Source of the DNA: Chara braunii
Taxonomy: Eukaryota; Plantae; Charophyceae
Length of the DNA: 54,025 nucleotides
Direction: 5' to 3'
NCBI GenBank assembly: GCA_003427395.1
Contig: BFEA01000010.1
Location: 4,763,487 to 4,817,511, forward strand
The position numbers and the translations under genes are program-made. Within the stretch, counting starts at the first letter, position 1. Every line of letters begins with the position of its first letter. The notes under the pieces are model-generated. The model made no database searches. It saw only the letters and a program-made list of their open reading frames with translations, and had not been told where the DNA came from. Shown here in pieces: positions 12,988-23,400 of this stretch.

Positions 12988-13945
12988 CCTCCACCTTCTT
13001 CCTCCACCACCTCCTTCACCCATCCACCATAGCCAACCATCCTCCACCTGCTTTCTCCAACACCTCCTTCACCCATCCACCATAGCCAACCACCCTCCAC
13101 CTTCTTTCTCCACCATCTTCTTCACCCATCCACCATAGCCAACCGTCTTCCACCTTCTTCCTCCACCACCTCCTTCACCCATCCACCATAGCCAATCACC
13201 TTGCACCTCCCTCCTCCACCATCTCCTTCACCCGTTCACCATAGCCAACCATCTTGCACCTTCTTCCTCCACCATCCTCTTCATCCATCCACCATAGCCA
13301 ACCACCTTGCACCTTCTTCCTCCACTATGTCCTCCACACACCCACCATAGCCAACCACCTTCCACCTTCTTCCTCCTCCATCTCCTTCACCCATCCACCA
13401 TAGCCAATCACCTTTCACCCTCTTCCCCCACCATCTCCTTCACCCATCCACCATAGCCAGCCATCCTCCACCTTCTTTCTCCACCACCTCCTTCACCCAT
13501 CCACCATAGCCAACCACCCTCCACCTTCTTCCTCCACCANCTNCTTCACCCATCCACCATAGCCAACCGTCTTCCACCTTCTTCCTCCACCACCTCCTTC
13601 ACCCATCCACCATAGCCAACCACCTTACACCTTCTTCCTCCTTCATCCTTTTCACCCATCCACCATAGCCGACCACCACTTCACCCATCCACCATAGCCA
13701 ACCACCTTGCACTTTCTTCCTCCTCCATCCTCTTCACCCATCCACCATAGCCAACCACCTTGCACTTTCTTCCTCCTCCATCCTCTTCCACCATAGCCGA
13801 CCACCCCGCACCTTCTTCCTCCTCCATCCTCCTCACCCATCCGCCATAGTCGACCACCTTGCACCTTCTTCCTCCACCACCTCCTTCACCCATCTGCCAT
13901 AGCCAAACCACTTTGCACCTCCTTCCTCCTCCGTCCTCTTCCGCC
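12988..13945. repeat. 53-bp minisatellite, about 18 copies
   Basis: CATAGCC recurs at 13028, 13081, 13134 and onward. Unit approximately CCACCTTCTTCCTCCACCACCTCCTTCACCCATCCACCATAGCCAACCATCCT. Confidence 0.95.
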
Positions 13946-14063
13946 ACCCGAAAGATCGGGAGCGAAAGGGGAGGCACCAAAGAGCGCAAGGAACGATAGG
14001 TAGGACGGTAGGGCACGCTAGGGGGTAAGATTGATTAGGAATTTTGAGTTTCTTTCTCCTTCC

Positions 14064-14065
14064 TT

Positions 14066-14158
<93 letters not shown>

Positions 14159-14179
14159 NNNNNNNNNNNNNNNNNNNNN

Positions 14180-14264
<85 letters not shown>

Positions 14265-14270
14265 TCTCTC
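14064..14270. repeat. (CT)n microsatellite with an assembly gap
   Basis: Directly visible; N run at 14159-14179. Confidence 0.97.
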
Positions 14271-14362
14271 ATTGTCTTTCCCTAGAGCCTTGACCCTCAC
14301 CTTACCCTCTCCCCCCTTCTTCCTTCTTGGCACGTGACTAACGCCCCGCTCACTTGTTACAT

Positions 14363-16213
14363 TGTCAGGGAACGAACGGCGAAAAGGAGCGGTCCTCACC
14401 TGGTGGAGAAAGAGGGCAAGGGAAGGGTAGCCGGTCCCTTGCGCCACCAAGAAGGAGAAAAGGAAAGCCCTTTGAGGATTTGGGAAGGCAAGGTCCTCGA
14501 GAAAAGTAAAAGAGAGAGAGTTTGGCACAAAGTCAGTTGACTCAACCATTTCCCCAACTGCATGACTAAGGAAACATAGCTTGACTGTGGAAAGGAAGGG
14601 AAAGGCAAGGGAAGCATAAAGGAGAAAGGAACTTAGGCTTGCGGGAAGGGCGATGTGTTGACCCCAATGAGGGATTGTATTGGTCTTTGCATGTGTGTGG
14701 ATTTGTGCAGGTGAGTAGCTTAGAATGACTTGAGCGGGATTGGGTCCGGGGTACGTGAGCAAAAGGGAAGGATGAAGATCGGATGGAAAGACCGAAGGCC
14801 TAGCATGAATTCTGAGACGGGCGGGCCTAGGTGTAGGATGCTTGGAACAAAGGGGCGTGGCTTTGCAGGACGAATGTGCGTTTTGTCTCTTTGAATGCAA
14901 TATGGAAGCCCAAAAGGACTAAGGGCGGGTGAAGGATATATGAACAAGGATGCATGTGTCAAGCAAAGAAAAGGGGTAGGGGCTAGGGGATGGATGGTGT
15001 CGCCTCGCCCCGATGATGCCATAGGGATTGTTGTGTTTAGTGAAAAGGTGTGTGGCCCAAGGATGACGCTTGGCCTACGCACAAAAGAAGAAAAATTATC
15101 AATAACCCCCACCCCTGGGCTGCATGAGTATTGGAAGGAGCAATTGTCTGGCCACATCTAAATGAATCGAGAAAACGTCGCGAGTGACCGTAAAGCTACC
15201 ATCTAACGCGAGAGCGGAGCTACAACCCCCAATGTTAAAGCCCTCTCGTAAATGGCCTATCCCCATCCATCCCATAGCACTAGGTGGGGGTGCCCCTGAG
15301 ACGAACGCTCCGCGCCCTGAGCTTGAGCGTGGGCGGAGCAGAGCCAACTGGGACCCGTAGTGGGGTCGACACAGGCTCGAAAGTCTTTCAGGGTACGACC
15401 TTACCAAAAAATGGTGGAGGCGTCGGGTGTGGGTTAAATTGACTCATGCGATTCCGAAGGGGACGCCCGACGCATGACCATGTACATAATCGAAGAGAAA
15501 GAAATTGGACTTGTGTTTGCTCTTCCCCTTGAGAGAATCAGACTTGGGGGCGGTTGGGCGCGTGGCATGGCCAGGCCTGGAGGTATAACATGCATGTTAC
15601 ACCTTATTAACCTACTCCTCGGTGGAGTGGCTCTAGCCCCCCTTCCTCCGGTGCTGGTGTTCGCCAGTCCCGGGAAGCCTCGGGCAAGTCGCAGGTCGAC
15701 CCCTCCTCTTCGTGCGAAAGAGGGGCTCCGGTTACCTGGCAGGCGGTTGGTGCTTCGGCTTTGGCTGAGGCCCAATGAAAATCCCGCGGTGGAGTGATCC
15801 GACCGACTGGGTGCTTTCCTCCCTTCTTCTTCTGAGCCCAGTGGGCTCATGCACTATACACTTGAAATGCTTGAAGGAACCAACATGAACACAACGATTA
15901 TCAAGAAAGAACAATCCTACCCTATGAAAGGACAGACTATAGAAGATAAGGGGAATGAAGGGAGTTGCTAGACTCCAAGGAAAACTAGCTCACCTTTTAA
16001 GATACTCACGAGAAGGAACCAGCCACTGTGTATGGACAATAAGGGGAGTTGCACATACAGTCCCGAGAGAAAATTGTGAGATGTGTAAGAGGCGCTGGGT
16101 GTACCAAAGGGAAAGACACTTGTTCTATATGTGTCTCACTTGGGACTTGTGGATTGTATGAGAGGGTAATTGAGCGTCCTGCCACTTCGGAAGGAAAGGG
16201 TGGGTCTGCACCA
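14363..16213 (+). repeat. Putative 5' LTR
   Basis: Starts TGTCAGGG and ends ...TCTGCACCA, followed by 2 nt and TGG (PBS-like geometry). The region is non-coding. There is no second LTR in the window to confirm the boundaries. Confidence 0.45.
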
Positions 16214-16215
16214 GC

Positions 16216-16233
16216 TGGTGCAGGTTGCGAAAC
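16216..16233 (+). promoter_or_regulatory. Putative primer-binding site TGGTGCAGG...
   Basis: TGG lies 2 nt after CA and is part of the perfect palindrome CTGCACCAGCTGGTGCAG (16206-16223). Confidence 0.4.
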
Positions 16234-17146
16234 GTTGCTCTCTTTGAAGTTCACCGGGTTCCATGTGCGGAGGTCGGGCCACCGAGCTGTTAGGCAGGAG
16301 TTGGTCTCGTCGGTTGATTAGTAGCATTCCCTCCTGGGCGGGCCGAGCATCGCTCGACGCCTTACCTAGGCGGGGTGTGAAGCGTCTCCTCAGGCGGGGC
16401 GGCTGCTTGTCGACAGACGGCAGGGGGACCCCTGCATGTGGGGCACGGAGGGAGCCTCAGAGACGATTAGTAGCTTCTCTCAGTACGATATGGGAAAGGC
16501 TGATTCTTGTCGGACCGATGGATGTGAATGCCCGGACAGTTGACTTTTGTCCTTACCGGGGTACGCGGGGTGATTCCCGGTGCCAATGGGGGTGTGCAAG
16601 AGCAGCAAGACGGGATGGGGTATTCTGGACAAGAAGGTGAGGGTGTCCCCCCACTGGAGTCCGGGTACCGCGCTCGCGACGGTTGAGTTGTGCTTGAGGT
16701 ACGAGATAAAACTCTGTCGAAAGTAACAGTGGAGAGACCATTTTTTGGGAAAAGGCCGGTGAGGAGATGACCGGCCTGTGTGCGAGGATTGCCTGACTTT
16801 TTTCTTTCTTTTGTGCCTCCCTTTGTAAGGCTGCTTGAGATTGTTGGGAAGGGACCAAGTTTCCAAGTCTGTTCTCGCCCCCTATCTAAGTCCACGAGAG
16901 TGAGAGAAGATGGGGATGAGTAAGGATAGGAGTCGGAAGGAAAGGAACCAAGAGAAGGAATGTCGGCTGATGGTGACCAATTGAAGGTGGAACGGGGCGA
17001 TGATACTCGGGAAATGGGCAAGGGAAATTAGGGAAACCCGGATGAGGGGTCTGAAACAATTCTCATCTAGGAAGAGAGTTAGCTTGACCAAACGGCCCGT
17101 GCGGTGCTCTTTTATGGAAAACAGGAACCGGGGCTGGGAAAACGAG

Positions 17147-17950
17147 ATGGCGCGGCGACTGTCGTCTCCAATCTATTCTAACGGTTCGGAAATGCCGATA
17201 GATGTAAAGGACGGGGTATCCATCGTCCTCCCGGATGAAGGAACGTGGACAGACCTGGAGCCAGCCTATCAAACTATGATGCTGGACGAGAAGGACGCGT
17301 TCCTCTGGATAGAGACGATATGGACTAAGGTCAGCTTGACGAGATTGTCGCCGAGCTTGATGGACTTGGAATTTCGAGGAACGGTGGAAGCCCGAGGGTG
17401 GGTCTACCTATCTCAAGAAAGTGAAAATGCGATGGTGATAGAATTGGTATTGGGGACTGCGTCGGACTTGCTGTTTAAGCAGGCGGAGCGAGAGGTAGTA
17501 TGGGCGGCGTGTCAACGGATGGAAATGGAGAGGGACAAAGTAGAGGTGTGAGTGGAACTTGGAGATAGGAGAAATGTGAGGCGACCCCTCAGAACGATGA
17601 GATGCGTACTACCCCCGTTTCTGGTTGACGCGCTCTTTGGAACCCGGAATAGATTGGAGCAGATATGTCGGTCAATGACAAACCTGAGACTGTACCAGTG
17701 TGCTCGACATGACTTCCTTAGGCTGTTGGTAGAAATGGGGTCTTTCGGAGGGAACTGGGTGGAAGAGTTAGCCGATATGCGAAACTACCTTAGCACTGAC
17801 GACGTCTATGTCCCTAGTCCAGTACATTGGCAGATAGTTTACCGAAATGTGGCAATAGGGGAAACCTTCTTAGAAGGGCTGAGGGAGTTGTTCTATGACG
17901 AAGAGGACGATTTCAGCAATGACGAGAACGATGACGAGATAGAGGATTGA
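17147..17950 (+). pseudogene. Accessory ORF A (unknown family, ~267 aa, one internal TGA)
   Basis: ORFs 17000..17551 and 17552..17950 are in frame across TGA 17549. Motifs DGVSIVLP, FLWIETIW, GWVYLS, LPPFLVDALFG, GSFGGN and IVYRNVAIGETFLEGLRELF are shared with ORFs B-D. Confidence 0.8.
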
Positions 17951-18015
17951 GACTTCTGAGAAGCAAGGCTTACCCGGGGGAAAATGGGTGGTCGGCTCTG
18001 TGCAGGAAGGAAGCG

Positions 18016-18770
18016 ATGGCCAGGGAACTACTGCTAAGGGACTACACATTTAAAGGATGGGAGCCGAAACGAGTCGAAGGGGGGGTAGAAATGTCCATAC
18101 CGACAGATAATGAATGGAGAGGGACCACCTGTGATTAGATCGGACTCGAGATTGCACCAGAATTATCGTACCTGTGGATAGAACAAATCTGGAACCTGAT
18201 AAGGAGGAGGAAGGATGGGAGGAGATTGCGGAAGGAAGGGTGGAATCGGTCGGGACGGTCATCCTCTCCGAGCAAGGGTGACACCTATTTTGCACAACGC
18301 TTGCGGCAGGACATAGTCCGCTGTAGCTTCTGGAGAATGTCGAGGCGAGGACTCAGAGGGCAGGCTAGAGGTTTGCCAATAAAGGATGGGATGTAGTCCA
18401 TAGTAAGGTCGTGATGGGGGGATGGAAGGAGCTTAGACCTCCCTGTCTGCGAACCAAGATTTGGGTACCCGAGTTCGTGACGGACTGGTTTGGGGGTTTT
18501 GACCACGTCGCAGTGGTGGCTAGCACTATGGAGCGGGTACACGTAGATTGTGCATGGTTGTCATAAGAGTTTTATAAAACGTCGTTGAAATTTGGGCCCT
18601 TCCATGGCGACAGAGTCTGGGAGGTCCTCATCATTTTGAATATGGACAGATACGATCAACTAGAGGTAGCCCCAGAGATCAGGGAAACCATAATCCGCAG
18701 GGAGGTAGCGGCAACACCTTGCTATGTGGATGATGTGTTCAAACTATTCGAGGTAGTGTGGTTCGATTAG
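18016..18770 (+). pseudogene. Accessory ORF B (paralog of A; one frameshift, several stops)
   Basis: MAR...GGVEMSIP...YLWIEQIW (frameshift ~18192) ...GTVILSEQG...VPEFVTDWFGG...GPFHGDRVWEVL...IIRREVAATPCYVDDVFKLF. Confidence 0.78.
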
Positions 18771-18988
18771 GGGCAGGAAAAACCTGAACTAGCAGGGTAA
18801 GCTAGGGGGTAGAGGGGAGAGGAAAAGAAGGAAGGGGAAAAATAGGGGGTAACATAGATGGGAAAACATGTAATGTATGCGGACTAGCCAAAGATAGGAG
18901 TACTAAGAGAGGGAATGGGGTGTCCGGCTATTGTGGGGATCACTACGGCGTTGCAGGATAAGGATCAAAGGCGGGTAAAGGACACGTG

Positions 18989-19758
18989 ATGGCACGAAGG
19001 AGGACGTTCCTCGAGGATCGCCCGCTGGGGATCGAGCCGCCAAGGGAAGTGGCTGGCGGCATAGAAGTCAGCCTACCCACCATAAATAAGATCCGGCACC
19101 CGGTGGTGGATTGGGTCAGGGTCGAGCTTATGGAAAATACGGTTTACCTGGTGACCAAGGTTGAATGGCGTGCGGATGGAGAGGACGGGTGGAACCCGGA
19201 CCCGCGGGGGCATGTGCATCGGAAGGTTGGTTGTATGTGTCGGAGGATGGATGGCGCACGTTCGGGATCCTACTAGCATCTGGAGAAGATTCACTGAGCA
19301 TGTTCGAAGAAGCATGGCATTTAGTGTGGCAGGCGGGGTTCGAGTTCGCAGACCCGGAGTTCGGTGACGTAACAGCGGCCCTTAGGGTGCCCATGACCGG
19401 GAGTTTCAATCTGCCTAGTGAGAATGTTCGAATGAAATTGCCCTCCTTCTTACTGGAAAAATTGGGCGGGCTGGATCTTGTCAGGCGAGCAGTGGCCGAC
19501 CTCGCCACCCTGACATTTGAAGAAGCGACGGTCTACCGGGAATATTATCGGGCCTTCCTAGAGATGGGGCCGTTCGACGGTGAGCAGAGGTACGAGGTGT
19601 TGTGAATACTGTGCACCGTATTCGCCACAAGGCCTAAAGTTCCAGTTGTTAGCGATGAGGTTCTATGGGGCGTCGCCTGAAGAGAAATAAAGCAGGGGCT
19701 GATTTACATAGATGACCTGTACCACCTATACGAGCTATCAAGAGAGGAGGCAGGCTAA
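18989..19758 (+). pseudogene. Accessory ORF C (paralog of A; one frameshift, two stops)
   Basis: MARRR...GGIEVSLP...(frameshift ~19205) EGWLYVSEDG...LPSFLLEKLGG...GPFDGEQRYEVL*...VA*REIKQGLIYIDDLYHLY, ending at TAA 19756. Confidence 0.78.
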
Positions 19759-19902
19759 AAAGAGAAAAGAAAAGAAAAGGGAATAGGGAAAAAAAGGAGG
19801 ACGGACAAGAGGTAGGAAGTTGCCTAGTGGTGGTCAGAGGAATGGATGAAATAAGCAGGACTCGCTTGCTGTTTAAACTGTGCAGGGAACCGCTAATTGA
19901 CA

Positions 19903-20682
19903 ATGGCAATGAGACGCGCCCAGATGTCGAGACGACCCACGCACCCTCGGCCGCCCACGGAAAGCGGAGGCGGATGGGAGGTGTCACTTCCAGCAAGCTA
20001 TGTGGTTCGAGGGATTGACACATAATGGAGAGTTGTGACCTTGGGGAGGGACCAAGTGTTCATGATGGTAGAATGCTTGTGGAGTGGTATGAGGTTCAAT
20101 AGGGGGCCAGGGGACGATCTATATGCTGACTTGAGGGTGACGGGGACCGTATACCTACCGGAAATTGAATGGCACATGCTAGGAACCGAGATGGCACTAG
20201 GACATGGGTTGCTACCAATCTTCCGAAGGGCTGCCTAGGCAGTAAACCGGATAGGACAGGAGGTTCGGGGGAGAAGGAATGCAGGGCTGAGAACTCAGGT
20301 GGAGGTAGGAGGCTGGCGAGAGCTTAGGGCCCCGATGACAGGGTTGTGGTGTCGAGTACCCCGTTTCATGGTAGACTTGGTATTCGGCAGCCTCTCGAGG
20401 GCAAGAGACTTGGTGGACTCGACCCTAACCTGGATCCACCACTTCCAGCTGCAGACGACGGGAATGTTTTACGATGTATCAGTAAGGCATGGGCCGTTCT
20501 GGGGAAATCGGGCCCATGAACTACTCATCGAAATCCTGATATTCGGAGTACCGCGTTTGGCGTTTGAAGAATATGAACCAATAATTATCAGGGAGATAGA
20601 AATGGGAGAAAACTACCTTGTGGGGGTGGCTAACCTGTTCGAAGAACCTGACGAACAGGACAGGCATGAGGGTCCAGCGTGA
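19903..20682 (+). pseudogene. Accessory ORF D (paralog of A; two in-frame stops)
   Basis: One frame from ATG 19903, with stops at 20023 and 20236: GGWEVSLP...FMMVECLW...TGTVYLPE...VPRFMVDLVFG...GPFWGNRAHELL...IIIREIEMGENYLVGVANLF. Confidence 0.8.
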
Positions 20683-21136
20683 GAAAAGTACCGAGGAAGG
20701 CAGCAAAAGTAAAGGCTAGAAAACAAAATGAGGGGTTAGCCATCTACGGAGGATAGTGGTCGGAGTCCTATTCTACCTGAGAATACGACAGGAAGGGACT
20801 AGGAAGACCACTACCGCTAAGGACGCTGAGGGTATCCAAAAGCGGGGAGGCAAAAGGGCCACCATCGAAAGGAGAACCGCCAACCCTGGATATCACCTTA
20901 GAACTGAGGCACGATAATGACAAAACGCCAAATCTCGGTAGCGAGCCTTCCGGCAGAGGGAAAGGTAAGCGACACCTCGCGGAGCGAGAAAAGCTTGATA
21001 AGCCGTCACGACCGATATAAGACGGAAAATATGGGAATGACAAAACATGGAGGACCTTAGGACCTGGGAACCAGGGAAGCTGTGAGCGACCGACCGTTTC
21101 GCAAATTTTTTTTTCCATGTGCAGGATTAGGAAAGG

Positions 21137-23400
21137 ATGGCGTCAGAGAAAGAGGTTGGGAACCTGCAAAGCAATGGGAGTCAGTGCACGGAAAGGAGCA
21201 CGGAACGGAACGAAGGGTCAGTAAGGGATCGAGAGTCAGCAAATCTGGAGGGAACCAAGGAAGACGGGAAGGATCTTTCGACAGGGGAAAGTTTGGGAAA
21301 ATTTGGGGGAAGCAAACGGGGATCCCAGGAGAATAAGGAAGGGAGGGACAAGGAAAGGTCGAGTCCGCGAAACTCAGATGGGGTCGTATCCAAGAAAGTG
21401 AAACTTTCGGATGCACGACGTAAGTTGGTAGAAATAGAAAAGCGAACCGCGGAGTATAAGGCAAAACTTATTGAGGAAATGATGACTGGGAATGAAAGGG
21501 GCCTTCCGGGGGAGGAACTACGAGAGGAGCGCAAGACCAGCCAGGGCGAAATTGGGCACGGAGGGAAGGATAGTAGCTGCCGGGGGACGTGTAGCAAGAA
21601 AGGGAAGGAGAAAAGGGACTCCCCGGACGTAGAAGCGGAGAAAGCTACGAACCCGCCTGCCATAGACAGTGGTGCTGACCGTTTGCCTGCCGCCCCGAAA
21701 ATAACAAAGGGGTGCGATGGACTTTGGAGTCTCAGAGAAAGGGTGTTGGGATGGTTCGATCCGGAAAGAACAACAAAAACCGGAGAGAAGCAGAAGGATA
21801 GCAAGGAAGGAGAGGGGACCAGTACGGCTGGCGAAACGGGTAGCTCCGAGGGAGGTCTCAAAAAAATAGTATCCACCCTCTCCCGGGCATTGAACAAAAA
21901 TCAGGGGTACCTCGCAGATTCCAAGAGGAAACTCACCTTCGATGGTGCAAACATTACGGAATTCCTAATAGACTACGAGAACCTAGCAGCCTTGTTGAAA
22001 TGGAGCGAAGAGGAAAAGATGGACCATTTAGGGCAACATGTGTCACTGAGCCTAGGGAGAGATATAATGGTCATCGTCGCCGTCAGCGGATCCTGGAAAA
22101 AAGCCCGAAATGAAATGATGAGAAAATACTTGAAGGCGGAGAAAATGGCAACAGAAGCTGAACTGGTAGTTGTTCAGAGGAAGAACTATGCAACTTACAG
22201 CGACTTCCTGAGGGCATTTACTCTAGTGGCATTACGGATTCCCGGGGTAACAGATCGGATCATGAGCAAGTACTTCCTTAGGCAGTTCTCTGAGTTCGAC
22301 AAGAATAAGATTCTACCGGCCAACCAACTACCAGCAAGTTTGAGTACACGAGGGACGTTGACTTCAACACGGTGACAGACCTCGCAGAGAAGACAGTGGT
22401 AACCGAGACGTTAGCCTTGCTTAAGGAGGGAAAGGCCATAGACTTGACTGGAAAGACGGGAGATAAGGTGAAGAAGGGGATAGAAAGCCTGCACGAACGA
22501 GTGCACGGGGTCGATAATAAGATAGGAAGGGTAGAAAATGCACTATTGGTAATGCAGGCGCAAGTATCCCGACCCGCCCTCCCGCCCCAAGAGGCCGTAG
22601 TTCCGGCGGCAATAGCTAACCGAGGATACGGTAGGAAGGATCCGGCCAATGAGCTGTGCAAATACTGCACGATGGTCGGAGACTTTTTGCGAGCCTGCCC
22701 AAGACTCAATCACGGTATTATAAGACAGAGGTGTAGCAGGTCACTTAAAGACGAAATTTTCGGACCCCGGGGGGAACGGATAAACAGGAATTCGCCTGGT
22801 GGAATCCGGCGCGTCATTATTGCCCTGAACAATCTTGACGTAGCAGCCGTAGAAGCCGAGCCGGTAGCCGACGTCGTTTGGGACCAGCCGCCGGGGCGCG
22901 GAGCACAAGTCAATTTCATCCTAGAGAGTAATGGACAGGATAGGGTGAACATTGCCACCCAACGGGCAGGGGCGGAAAAGAAACTTATCCGAGACACAGT
23001 AATGGAGGAAGTTGCACGAACCAGCGCGGAACAAGTTGAGCCTGGGACCGGGGAACCAGAGAAAGTCTACGGAAAAACGAGAGAAGAAGAGCCGACAGAC
23101 AAAGTCACGGCAGCGAAGAAGAAATTCAGATATCAGATCTCGATTTTAGCCATGCCACTAATCGATGACACCCTGAGCAAGTTGTTGGGAACCATGGTGT
23201 TTGTATCCTTTCAAACTATGTTGCAAGCAAGCCCGAGACTTCTCAAAGGACTCAGACAACTGCTAACTCGCAGACGCATAGAGGTAGAAGAGGCTCTGGA
23301 ACCGCAGGAAGAGGAAACGGAGGAGGCTGAGGCACCGCAAGGGGTCACCAACCTCCAGAGGATTCCAGAAGACTTGGAGGACCTGGAAAAAACCTTTGCA
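21137..23400 (+). pseudogene. gag with a degenerate CCHC zinc knuckle (frameshift ~22322)
   Basis: LTFDGANITEFLIDYENLA...W is capsid-like. CKYCTMVGDFLRAC at 22657-22698 is Cx2Cx4(H->D)x4C. Confidence 0.85.

Noticed and set aside
21181-21897. Long antisense ORFs (also 23711..24244 and 32927..33739)
   Set aside because: They are shadows of the real coding strand.
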